Positions 47,745 through 56,564 of a stretch of 64,000 bases of DNA are shown in pieces (the first letter of the stretch is position 1; every line of letters starts with the position of its first letter). Under the pieces are notes generated by a model. It searched no databases, was not told where the DNA came from, and worked only from the letters and a program-made list of their open reading frames with translations. The stretch spans positions 300 to 64,299 of the forward strand of contig JBJEOK010000049.1 in the NCBI GenBank assembly GCA_051880695.1, in the 5' to 3' direction. Position numbers and translations under genes: made by a program. The stretch is from Acutalibacteraceae bacterium (GTDB taxonomy: Bacteria; Bacillota; Clostridia; Oscillospirales; Acutalibacteraceae).

Positions 47745-48833
47745 TCAGTTGTCACTTTTAGGCGGTGTGTAAGTAAGGTTGACCGCCTTTTTCTTAAATT
47801 CACCCACATCAAAGGTAGGCTCTCGTCTTTCACCGGGAGCTTTTTTCTTTTCCTTGGGCTTTTCGTATTTGCTTTTGTTTTGCTGCTGCCACTTGAGTTT
47901 TTCCCTTCTGATATCTTCGGGGGTTTTAACACCGTTTCTGTACCAGTTTAAAAGCACCTTGTCCATATAGTCAAAGTTGATTTTTCCCGTATTGTCAATG
48001 GTTTCTTCGTAAGCAAAGAAAATCATATCTGCGTCGAATTTATATTCTTTGACCCACGCAGTGAGTAAACGTCTCTGTTTAGCGGTGGGATTTTTATTGG
48101 TAATTTCCGTCAAACGGCGAAGCTTATCCCAGGTTTCGTCAACAATGTTGTGGCTTTCAATGTATTCCATAGCACCCTCAATGGAGTCAATTTCATTTTC
48201 GCTCCATTCTTTACCCACCTTTGAAATTGCGGCAAAACCTGTTTTACCCTTGGTGGCACAGTATTCAATAGCCATGAGAATAACCTCAATGGGAAGCCCG
48301 TAGCTGTCGTGCATCATAATGAGGGTGGACTGTCCGTCATAGCCTATGGTTTTGCCTAAAATATCCTGTGCTTCACGGAAAAGATCGCGCAGGTCATCAC
48401 TTTCGCTGAGCCTTGAGGCAACTTGCTCGTGGCTCGGCTTTACAACGGGGATTTCCTCAACCTTTTTTGTTTGCGGTGCTTCTGCCGTTTTTATAGGCTC
48501 ATCAGGGGCAGTCGGTGTCGGTGCAAGAGGCTTTGTAGACGGTGTCGGTGTAAAGCTCTGTGAAGAAACAGGCATTACGAGGGCAGAGTCGCTTTTTACA
48601 AGAATACCTCTTTCCGCCCAGAAAATAAGCGCATCCTTAACCTCGTCCTCGTCATAACCGACAGCCTTTGAAATGTCGGAAAGGGTGACGTTTTCATTGA
48701 TGTGCCTTGACAAAAACAAAATTGTGCGTAATTGAAGTGCCGAGGCAAGGCGAAGATTTTCGTCTACTACGGCATTGAGCAGGGGAAAAATTCCCGAATC
48801 AAGTGCAGTAAGTGGATTTATTATATAATTCAT
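47745..48833 (-). CDS. DnaD-domain replication initiation/membrane attachment protein (Firmicute DnaB-like)
   Basis: C-terminal DnaD domain 'FDYMDKVLLNWYRNGVKTPEDI'. Upstream of dnaI as in the dnaB-dnaI operon. ATG 48833. Confidence 0.8.
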   Translation of the reverse strand: MNYIINPLTALDSGIFPLLNAVVDENLRLASALQLRTILFLSRHINENVTLSDISKAVGYDEDEVKDALIFWAERGILVKSDSALVMPVSSQSFTPTPSTKPLAPTPTAPDEPIKTAEAPQTKKVEEIPVVKPSHEQVASRLSESDDLRDLFREAQDILGKTIGYDGQSTLIMMHDSYGLPIEVILMAIEYCATKGKTGFAAISKVGKEWSENEIDSIEGAMEYIESHNIVDETWDKLRRLTEITNKNPTAKQRRLLTAWVKEYKFDADMIFFAYEETIDNTGKINFDYMDKVLLNWYRNGVKTPEDIRREKLKWQQQNKSKYEKPKEKKKAPGERREPTFDVGEFKKKAVNLTYTPPKSDN

Positions 48834-48848
48834 TGTAATCTCTCTCAA

Positions 48849-50180
48849 TTAGTATTTGCCCAGATACTTGTCAATTTCCCACTGTGAAACCCTTGTGGAG
48901 TATTCACGCCACTCCTCTTGCTTGGCTTCAACGTATTTTTTATGTACGTGAGGACCTACTATTTCTTTTGCAAAGTCGCTTGCAATAAATTCCTTTGTAG
49001 CTTCACGCAAGGTTTTGGGAAGTGAGTGAATACCTGCGGACTTTCTCTCCTCCGGCGTGAGGTCGAAGATGTTGGAATCCTTTGGCGGCGGAGGAGTCAT
49101 AGCCTTTTCTATGCCGTCAAGTCCTGCTTGTAAAACTGCCGCCATAGCAAGGTAGGGATTTGCGGCAGGGTCGGGGTTACGAAGCTCAATTCTTGTACCG
49201 GTGCCCCTTGCGGTAGGAATACGGATAAGGGGACTTCTGTTTTTAGCCGACCAGGCGATGTATACAGGTGCTTCGTAGCCGGGTACAAGTCTCTTATATG
49301 AATTTACAATGGGATTAGTTAAAATTGTGATTGCCTTAATGTGCGTCATAACGCCTGCGATAAAGTTATATGCAAGAGAGGAAAGTCCTGCACTGTCACT
49401 TTCGTCACAAAAAGCGTTTTTGCCGTCTTTAAAAAGTGAAATGTTGATGTGCATACCGCTGCCGCAAACACCGTAAACAGGCTTAGGCATAAAGGTTGCA
49501 TAAAGGTTTTTACTGTTTGCAACGGTTTTAACAACGTGTTTGAAGGTCATTACGTTGTCGGCAGTTCGGAGCACCTCGTCATATTTGAAGTCGATTTCGT
49601 GCTGAGCAGTTGCGTTTTCGTGGTGAGAAGCTTCAATTTCAAAGCCCATTTTTTCAAGGCAAAGGCAAATCTCCTTACGGCAGGTCTCACCTCTGTCAAC
49701 GGGACCTAAGTCAAAATATCCGCCCTTATCGTAGGTTTTTGTAGTTGCCTTGCCGTGCTCGTCAAGGTGAAAAAGGAAAAATTCACACTCAGGGCCTACA
49801 AAACAGGTAAAGCCCAAATCGGCGGCCTTTTTGATTGCACGTCTTAAAACATAACGGGGGTCGCCCTCAAAGGGTGTGCCGTCGGAATTGTAAACATCGC
49901 AAATAAGTCTTGCGGTTTTGCCTGACTCACAGTCCCAGGGAAGAATGACAAAGGAGTCAAGGTCAGGGTACAGACACATATCGCTTTCTTCAATTCTTAC
50001 AAAGCCGTCAATTGAGGAGCCGTCAAACATACACTTGTTGTTGAGGGCTTTTTCAAGCTGACTTACAGTAAGGCAGACGCTTTTAAGCGTGCCCATAATG
50101 TCGGTAAACTGTAAGTTGATGAAGCTTACCTCTTCTTCCTTTACAATGCGGATAATGTCCTCTTTATTATATTTAGCCAT
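48849..50180 (-). CDS. glnA: type I glutamine synthetase
   Basis: 443 aa with '[20 protein letters not shown]' and '[11 protein letters not shown]'. Confidence 0.95.
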   Translation of the reverse strand: MAKYNKEDIIRIVKEEEVSFINLQFTDIMGTLKSVCLTVSQLEKALNNKCMFDGSSIDGFVRIEESDMCLYPDLDSFVILPWDCESGKTARLICDVYNSDGTPFEGDPRYVLRRAIKKAADLGFTCFVGPECEFFLFHLDEHGKATTKTYDKGGYFDLGPVDRGETCRKEICLCLEKMGFEIEASHHENATAQHEIDFKYDEVLRTADNVMTFKHVVKTVANSKNLYATFMPKPVYGVCGSGMHINISLFKDGKNAFCDESDSAGLSSLAYNFIAGVMTHIKAITILTNPIVNSYKRLVPGYEAPVYIAWSAKNRSPLIRIPTARGTGTRIELRNPDPAANPYLAMAAVLQAGLDGIEKAMTPPPPKDSNIFDLTPEERKSAGIHSLPKTLREATKEFIASDFAKEIVGPHVHKKYVEAKQEEWREYSTRVSQWEIDKYLGKY

Positions 50181-50207
50181 CAGCTTAAATTCCTTTCAAA
50201 TATAATT

Positions 50208-50906
50208 TCAGTTGCACTTTCTTATAATACCCATAGGAGTCTGCTCACTTGATTGACCCAGAGGATTATCCTTGAGAATTTTAACATAAAGGTCTTTATC
50301 CATATCAGGCGAGGAAACACCTAATATGTTGCCGCCTAAATCGTTGATGTCGGTGATGATAACACCGCAGCCTATTGCCTTGCTGATTTCCTTACTTACC
50401 TCATTAGGGTTGAGGGGAGCGAGGGAAACATATTCGTTATAGGGAGGAAGCGTGCAGTCGCAGGGGCCGTCAATCGTTCTTGCCTTTTCACCTGCGATTT
50501 TGTAAAACCAACCTCTTTTACCTATAAGCTTACCTACTGCGGAAACGCCTGCGGCAAAAAGTATGCGTATTGTACCGCACTCCTGTAAAGCCATTTCCAT
50601 AGTTTCGGGCATTGCAAGGCCAATGCCGTAGGGAGTTTTAAGCACGAATTTTGAAAGAAAAACGGCAAGCTTTCTCGGGTGTATTTCCGAAAGAGGTATA
50701 GCTCTGCCTTGAGTACAGCCGACAATTTTTTCGGTGATGAAAAGCACGTCGCCGTCTTTGAGGTTGGGCTTTGCATATTTTACGGCAACATCTACAATGT
50801 TGTCCTTGTCTGTAATAACATGTGTGCGAATACAGAGGCGGGAATATTTTACTCCGTCAACCTCAATGGTTTCGTTTTTGCCGTCATTTATAATGTAGTT
50901 ATCCAT
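50208..50906 (-). CDS. CofE-like (F420-0:gamma-glutamyl ligase fold) protein
   Basis: 232 aa with 'KDGDVLFITEKIVGCTQGRA' and 'GVIITDIN' resembling the CofE family. Ends 27 nt upstream of the glnA start. Confidence 0.6.
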   Translation of the reverse strand: MDNYIINDGKNETIEVDGVKYSRLCIRTHVITDKDNIVDVAVKYAKPNLKDGDVLFITEKIVGCTQGRAIPLSEIHPRKLAVFLSKFVLKTPYGIGLAMPETMEMALQECGTIRILFAAGVSAVGKLIGKRGWFYKIAGEKARTIDGPCDCTLPPYNEYVSLAPLNPNEVSKEISKAIGCGVIITDINDLGGNILGVSSPDMDKDLYVKILKDNPLGQSSEQTPMGIIRKCN

Positions 50907-50958
50907 TTTTGACCTCCTTAAAAGTCCTTATCTTTATTTTAAAGTCCTGCTGTAAAAT

Positions 50959-52458
50959 TTATGCGTTTACACTGTCGATAAATTTAAGAAAAGCCTCCAT
51001 ACCCTTTTCGTTACGGGCATAAACACCTGCGTGCTCAAGACACTTTGAAAATACCTTGCCGGTCTCTTTTTTGAGAATTTCTTCGGTGTTTTCCTTTGTA
51101 AAGGTGTAATTGTCTTTAAAAGAGGCTACCCAAGCGGCGTGTTTTTCGGTGCTCTCACTTGAAAGCAGGTCTTTTCCGCTGAGGATGGCTTCTTCAACCT
51201 CCTTGAGCTCCTTTTTCAGTCTTGAGGGAAGCACTGCAAGACCCATAACCTCAATAAGACCGATATTTTCCTTTTTAATGTTATGAAGCTCCTTGTGGGG
51301 GTGATATACACCGTCGGGGTGCTCATCGGTTGTGATATTGTTTCTTAAAACCAGGTCAAGCTCAAAGTCTTCACCGCGTTTTCTTGCAATGGGAGTGATT
51401 GTGTTGTGGGGTGTGCCCTCTGTTTGCGCGAAAATAAAGGCGCTTTCATCGGTGTAACCTCTCCAGGCGGTGAGGATTTTGTCACCTAACTGCACAAGTC
51501 TGTCGGTATCCTTTCCGCTGATTCTGATAACTGACATAGGCCACTTAACAATGCCTGCCTTAACATCTTCAAAGCCTTTGAAGGTAACCTCCTTTTCAAT
51601 GGGTGACTTTGCCATGGGGAAGTCATAGTTACCGCCCTGAAAATGCTCATGAGCTAAAATTGAACCGCCTACAATAGGCAAGTCGGCATTTGAGCCTACA
51701 AAGTAGTGGGGGAAAAGCTTTACAAAGTCGAAAAGCTTTTTAAAGGCGGAAGCATCTATTTTCATAGGTGTATGAAGTGAGTTGAAAACAATGCAGTGCT
51801 CATTATAGTAAACGTAGGGCGAATATTGGAAGCCCCACTTTGTGCCGTCAATTGTTATGGGGATAATGCGGTGGTTTTGCCTTGCGGGGTGATTCATTCT
51901 GCCGGCATAACCCTCGTTTTCAACACAGAGTAAGCATTTTGGATATGAGCTTTGGGGAAGAAGCTTTGCTGCGGCGATTGCTTTGGGGTCTTTTTCCGGC
52001 TTTGAAAGGTTTACGGTGATATCAAGCTCACCGTAAGGAGTTTGAGTTTTCCACTTCATATCCTTTACAATACGGTAACGTCTTATGTAATCGGTGTCAC
52101 GGCTTAATTTATAGTAGTAGTCTGTGGCGGCTTCCGGTGAAAGCTCGTCATAAAGCTCATAGAAGTTTGAAATAACCTCAGAGGGTCTGGGTGTAACGGC
52201 ACTCATAAGCTTTGTGTCAAAAAGGTCACGGCTTGTAATGTCGTCATTTATAAGGCCTTTTTCAACTGCAAAGTCAAGAAGCACCTTTAAGGTTTCTTCA
52301 AGGCTTTCACATTCAACATCAGCTTCGGGATTTTCAAATTCGTCAAGGTGTAAAATTTCAAGAATACGGTTAGTTGCGAAGATTTTGTCCTCCTGCTCTA
52401 TAAGTCCGCAGGAAAGTCCGTAGGAAATAAGCTCACTTATTGCATTGTAAATTTTCAT
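50959..52458 (-). CDS. galT: UDP-glucose--hexose-1-phosphate uridylyltransferase (type 2 GalT)
   Basis: 499 aa with 'CLLCVENEGYAGRMNHPARQNHRIIP' and 'GGSILAHEHFQGG'. Confidence 0.92.
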   Translation of the reverse strand: MKIYNAISELISYGLSCGLIEQEDKIFATNRILEILHLDEFENPEADVECESLEETLKVLLDFAVEKGLINDDITSRDLFDTKLMSAVTPRPSEVISNFYELYDELSPEAATDYYYKLSRDTDYIRRYRIVKDMKWKTQTPYGELDITVNLSKPEKDPKAIAAAKLLPQSSYPKCLLCVENEGYAGRMNHPARQNHRIIPITIDGTKWGFQYSPYVYYNEHCIVFNSLHTPMKIDASAFKKLFDFVKLFPHYFVGSNADLPIVGGSILAHEHFQGGNYDFPMAKSPIEKEVTFKGFEDVKAGIVKWPMSVIRISGKDTDRLVQLGDKILTAWRGYTDESAFIFAQTEGTPHNTITPIARKRGEDFELDLVLRNNITTDEHPDGVYHPHKELHNIKKENIGLIEVMGLAVLPSRLKKELKEVEEAILSGKDLLSSESTEKHAAWVASFKDNYTFTKENTEEILKKETGKVFSKCLEHAGVYARNEKGMEAFLKFIDSVNA

Positions 52459-52629
52459 AAACTGTCCCTCCGAAAGAGTTAATTTTAAGTTTCCTTTTTA
52501 TCATAATAAAAGGCTGAAACTATTCATAATATTGTACACCAAAAAGGCAGTAAAAATCAACTGTTATTTGTGACAAAAAGGCTTCTTTCGGAATAATATA
52601 TTATTGAATTTATATGAGGAGGCTAATTT

Positions 52630-53700
52630 ATGGCAAAGAAAACGGCTTTTTTCTTAGGTGCAAACACTCCAAAAGGCTTTGTGTCTTTTTTTGATGAGCT
52701 TTATAACCCCTATACCGATACAAACACTTATATAATCAAAGGCGGTCCCGGTACGGGAAAATCAAGCTTTATGAAAAAACTCCAAAAGACATTTTATGAA
52801 AAAGGCTGCGATACCGAGTGCGGTTTTTGCGCTTCCGACCCTGACAGCTTTGACAGCTTAATTGTGCCAGAAAAAGGCTTTGCAATCGCTGACGGCACTT
52901 CGCCTCACGTGCTTGAGCCTAAGTTTCCCGGCTGCGGTGAAAATATAGTAAATTTAGGTCAGTTCTGGAGCGAGGAAAGGCTAAAAGCCGACAGCGAAAA
53001 AATAAAGGCTCTCTTTGTGGAAAATTCCCTTTATCACAGACGTTCCACAGGATACCTTGCCGCCGCAGGAAGCCTTGACAGACAAACCCGCAAAATTGTA
53101 AGCGCCTACACCAATACCGAGAAAATTGACAGCTTTACCACACGCTTTGTTATGCGTGAATTGCCGAAAATTAAAAGAGGTACCATAGGTAAAAAAAGCC
53201 GCCGCTTTTTAAGTGCAATTTCACCAAAAGGCAACATATTTTTGAAAAACACTCTCTATACCCTTTGCACAAGAATAATAGGTATTGACGACAAACATGG
53301 CGAAATAACCGGCAGACTGCTTGAAAGAATAGGTGAAGCGGCAATAAAAAACGGCTATGACGTAATATTTTGCCACTGCCCCATGAAGCCTGACGAATGT
53401 GAGCATCTTATAATTGTGCAGGCAGGCCTGGCAATTATAAGGCTCAGCGGTGCCGCAGGTGATGTTGACTGTGACAGAGTGATTCACACTTCAAGATTTA
53501 TTTATGAGGACATCAAAAACAGCAAGAATATTTTAAATTTTAACCAGAGAGTGAAAAACGAGCTTATACTCGAAAGTATACGCAGCCTGAAAATGGCAAA
53601 AAAAGTGCACGATGACCTTGAAAGCTACTATATAAAGGCAATGGATTTTGACCGGCTCAATGAGTTTGCCGAAAATTTTTCCAAAAAGGCAATCTGTTAG
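52630..53700 (+). CDS. P-loop NTPase of unknown function
   Basis: 'IIKGGPGTGKSSFMKKL' Walker A. 356 aa. GAGGAGG SD. Confidence 0.7.
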   Translation: MAKKTAFFLGANTPKGFVSFFDELYNPYTDTNTYIIKGGPGTGKSSFMKKLQKTFYEKGCDTECGFCASDPDSFDSLIVPEKGFAIADGTSPHVLEPKFPGCGENIVNLGQFWSEERLKADSEKIKALFVENSLYHRRSTGYLAAAGSLDRQTRKIVSAYTNTEKIDSFTTRFVMRELPKIKRGTIGKKSRRFLSAISPKGNIFLKNTLYTLCTRIIGIDDKHGEITGRLLERIGEAAIKNGYDVIFCHCPMKPDECEHLIIVQAGLAIIRLSGAAGDVDCDRVIHTSRFIYEDIKNSKNILNFNQRVKNELILESIRSLKMAKKVHDDLESYYIKAMDFDRLNEFAENFSKKAIC

Positions 53701-53737
53701 ACGAGTAATTTTTCCTTTGATGTTACGTGAGAAAAAT

Positions 53738-53769
53738 AAGCAGTGAAAGACCCATACCTTTCACTGCTT
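53738..53769. terminator. bidirectional terminator between convergent genes
   Basis: 12-bp perfect stem aagcagtgaaag/ctttcactgctt. The minus strand continues atttttctc. Confidence 0.7.
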
Positions 53770-53795
53770 ACTTATTATTGCTTTACAAAATTAAA

Positions 53796-53909
53796 TCAGT
53801 CAGATGCCTTTTCGGTTTCATCTGTGCTTTTGCCGAAAATCATATCAAAATATTTTTTGATTGTGTCAAAAATCATTTGAATGAGAGAGAGAACTTCATT
53901 TACGCTCAC
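53796..53909 (-). CDS. 37-aa small protein candidate (amphipathic helix)
   Basis: Not in the ORF track (<60 aa). AAAGGAGA SD 7 nt before GTG 53909. Translation MSVNEVLSLIQMIFDTIKKYFDMIFGKSTDETEKASD*. Followed by the 53738-53769 terminator. Confidence 0.4.
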   Translation of the reverse strand: MSVNEVLSLIQMIFDTIKKYFDMIFGKSTDETEKASD

Positions 53910-54132
53910 AAAATCGTCTCCTTTATATTATTTACTTATATTATTTGTTTACAATGTAATAATATCATTAAATTTCTGAAGTGTCAAGAGGAAAAGGCTG
54001 TATAAAAAGTTACAATTTATTCAAAAAAATATTTTTTTGCGATAATTTTGTAAATGTAAATTATTTCTTGCCTTTTTTATATTTTAGTGGTAGAATAAAA
54101 AAAGCAAATAAAAAAGGAAAAGAGGCGATTTT

Positions 54133-55053
54133 ATGAAAAAAACAACTCTTGTAGTTATGGCTGCAGGAATGGGCAGCCGTTACGGCGGTCTTAAACAAAT
54201 TGAGCCCGTAGGTCCAAGCGGAGAAATTATACTTGATTATTCTGTTTTTGATGCTGTAAAAGCCGGCTTTGACAAGGTGGTTTTTGTTATCAAGCACGAA
54301 ATAGAAGAGGATTTCAAAAAAATCACTGACGGCAGATATGACAGTAAAATAGAAAGTGCCTACGCTTTTCAAAGTATTGATGATTTACCTGAGGGCTTTT
54401 CGGTTCCCGAGGGCAGAGTGAAGCCCTGGGGCACGGGTCAGGCGGTGCTCGCTTGCAAGGGTATTGTCGACACCCCCTTTGCTGTTATCAACGCAGACGA
54501 TTTTTACGGTGCTCAGACCTTTAAGCTTATTCACGATGAGCTTGTTAAAGAAAAGGACGAAAGCGATAAATATCAGTTTTCCATGGTAGGCTTCCGTGTT
54601 GAAAATACGCTTACCGAAAACGGAAGCGTCGCAAGAGGTGTTTGTCAGACAAACAGTGACGGCTTACTTACGGACATTGTTGAAAGGACAAAAATAAGCA
54701 AATCAGGCGGAAAAATCCTTTTCACAGAGGACGAGGGCAAAACCTATACTCAAATCCCCGAGGGTACAACCGTTTCAATGAACTGCTGGGGCTTTACGGA
54801 AGATATGTTAAATGAGCTTCAAAACAGGTTTTCGGCTTTTCTTGAAAAAGGAATCAAATCAAACCCCTTAAAGTGTGAGTATTTTCTCCCCTTTGTTGTT
54901 GATGAGCTTTTAAAAGAGGGCAAGGCACAGGTAAAGGTCCTTGAAACAAAGGAAAAGTGGTACGGTGTTACCTATAAAGAGGACAGACAGGCAGTCTGTG
55001 ACGCAATAAAGCAAAAAGTGCTTGACGGAGAGTATCCCGAAAAGCTTTGGTAA
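54133..55053 (+). CDS. sugar-phosphate nucleotidyltransferase family protein
   Basis: 'VVMAAGMGSRYGGLKQ' NTP-transferase G-loop. 306 aa. Confidence 0.75.
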   Translation: MKKTTLVVMAAGMGSRYGGLKQIEPVGPSGEIILDYSVFDAVKAGFDKVVFVIKHEIEEDFKKITDGRYDSKIESAYAFQSIDDLPEGFSVPEGRVKPWGTGQAVLACKGIVDTPFAVINADDFYGAQTFKLIHDELVKEKDESDKYQFSMVGFRVENTLTENGSVARGVCQTNSDGLLTDIVERTKISKSGGKILFTEDEGKTYTQIPEGTTVSMNCWGFTEDMLNELQNRFSAFLEKGIKSNPLKCEYFLPFVVDELLKEGKAQVKVLETKEKWYGVTYKEDRQAVCDAIKQKVLDGEYPEKLW

Positions 55054-55087
55054 AAAATAAATTTTGTTTGATTTTGGAGGAATAAAA

Positions 55088-55660
55088 ATGAACAGACCCG
55101 TTTTAGTTGAAACATCAGCAAGACACGTACACGTAAGCCGCAGAGTGCTTGACATCCTTTTCGGTGAGGGCTATGAGCTTACAAAGAAAAAAGACCTTTC
55201 ACAGCCCGGTCAGTTTGCCTGCGAAGAAAGAGTACAGGTTATCGGTGCAAAGGGCAGCTTCCCTGCCGTTTCCATTTTAGGCCCCGTACGTCCCGAAACT
55301 CAGGTTGAGCTTTCCGCAGGAGACGCACGTTCAATCGGAGTTAAGGCTCCCATTCGTGAGTCAGGCGACCTTGAGGGAAGCGGCGGCTGTAAGATAGTCG
55401 GTCCCAAAGGCGAGGTTGAGTTAAATGACGGCGTTATTGTTGCAAAAAGACACATTCACATGACGCCCGAAGACGCTGAAAAGTACGGTCTTGAGGACAA
55501 GCAAATTGTTAACGTAAAGGTTGACACAGACGGACGTTCACTTATTTTCGGCGATGTTATTGTAAGAGTAAGCCCCTCTTATGCACTTGCAATGCACATT
55601 GACACAGACGAAAGCAACGCCGCTTGCTGTACACCGGGTCTTATGGGCGACATTATCTGA
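55088..55660 (+). CDS. pduL: phosphate propanoyl/acetyl-transferase PduL
   Basis: Duplicated PduL motifs 'ETSARHVHVS' / 'AKRHIHMTPEDAEKYGL' and 'AMHIDTDE'. GGAGGA SD before ATG 55088. Confidence 0.88.
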   Translation: MNRPVLVETSARHVHVSRRVLDILFGEGYELTKKKDLSQPGQFACEERVQVIGAKGSFPAVSILGPVRPETQVELSAGDARSIGVKAPIRESGDLEGSGGCKIVGPKGEVELNDGVIVAKRHIHMTPEDAEKYGLEDKQIVNVKVDTDGRSLIFGDVIVRVSPSYALAMHIDTDESNAACCTPGLMGDII

Positions 55661-55669
55661 TAAAAACAG

Positions 55670-55705
55670 GGCTGTAAAAAACGAAAGTTTTTACAGCCTT
55701 TATTT
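55670..55705 (+). terminator. intrinsic terminator of pduL
   Basis: ggctgtaaaaa/tttttacagcc 11-bp stem, loop acgaaag, then tttattt. Confidence 0.75.
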
Positions 55706-55728
55706 ATAAAACCAAAAGGGAGATTATT

Positions 55729-56349
55729 ATGACAGGCAGTTTTTTTGCAATGCATTCAAGAATGAAATACATCAACCGCTGGGCGCTTATGCGCAACACC
55801 AACACCGAAAATATCAGTGAACACAGCAATGATGTGGCTGTAATAGCACACGCTCTTGCCGTAATTAAAAATCTTCGCTTCGGCGGAAGTCTTAATGCTG
55901 AAAGAGCTGCTTTTTTAGGTCTTTATCACGACATGCCCGAAACTATTACCGGTGATATGCCTACCCCCGTGAAATATCACAGTGAAAAAATGCGTGATGA
56001 ATTTTCAAAGGTTGAGCTTGAGGCTTGTGATAAGCTTTTATCCTTACTGCCCGAGGATATGAGGCAGTACTATGAGGCGGCATTTTTTCCCCGTGAGGAA
56101 GACGAATACCTTTGGAAGCTTGTTAAGGCGGCAGATAAAATTTCGGCACTGATTAAGTGTATCGAGGAAAAAAACGCAGGCAACCGCGAGTTTGAAAAGG
56201 CTCTTGAGAGCACTCAAAAAGCCATTGAAAAAATGAATTTGCCCGAAGCTGACGCCTTTTTGAAGGAGTTCATACCATCATTCTACCTGAGCCTTGACGA
56301 GGCGGTAAGTACTTCAGTCGAGTACCTCGACTCGAATATCACGGGATAA
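55729..56349 (+). CDS. HD-domain 5'-deoxynucleotidase (YfbR-like)
   Basis: 'INRWALMRNTNTENISEHS' and 'YHDMPETITGDMPTPVKY', then 'SFYLSLDE'. The last 11 codons plus the stop are encoded by a repeat element. Confidence 0.88.
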   Translation: MTGSFFAMHSRMKYINRWALMRNTNTENISEHSNDVAVIAHALAVIKNLRFGGSLNAERAAFLGLYHDMPETITGDMPTPVKYHSEKMRDEFSKVELEACDKLLSLLPEDMRQYYEAAFFPREEDEYLWKLVKAADKISALIKCIEEKNAGNREFEKALESTQKAIEKMNLPEADAFLKEFIPSFYLSLDEAVSTSVEYLDSNITG

Positions 56350-56452
56350 AGTTATATAAAAATAAACCTTACACCGCTTAAGATAGGTATTTCCAATATA
56401 ATTTTTTGGTTAGCCTGATGCTTAGATTTAAGTGTCAGGCTGACTTTTGTTT
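56317..56452 (+). repeat. solo copy of the repeat family: TAC-loop hairpin + 40-nt core + terminator-like hairpin
   Basis: gtcgagtacctcgac at 56317, core 56339-56378, hairpin 56408-56452. Collinear with 43931-44067. Confidence 0.85.
56408..56452 (+). terminator. intrinsic terminator (part of the repeat element)
   Basis: ggttagcctga/tcaggctgact stem (two G.U pairs), 16-nt loop tgcttagatttaagtg, then ttttgttt. Confidence 0.65.
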
Positions 56453-56510
56453 CCCGAGGGTAAGACCAAAGGTAATCGGGTGGTTTTTGTGAGGTCGTTG
56501 CCGACAGGCG

Positions 56511-56540
56511 AAAAAACACCGCATCGAGCGGTGCTTTTTC
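56511..56540 (+). terminator. second short GC-stem terminator-like hairpin
   Basis: aaaaaa caccgc atcga gcggtg cttttt. The stem is only 6 bp. Confidence 0.45.
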
Positions 56541-56564
56541 GCTTGGGGTTAGTCTCTTTATAAG

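Noticed and set aside
53727-54005. 92-aa plus-strand ORF from the track
   Set aside because: It has a GTG start inside a terminator hairpin, no RBS and odd composition. It is exactly antisense-in-phase to a better-supported 37-aa minus-strand ORF that has an SD and a terminator.
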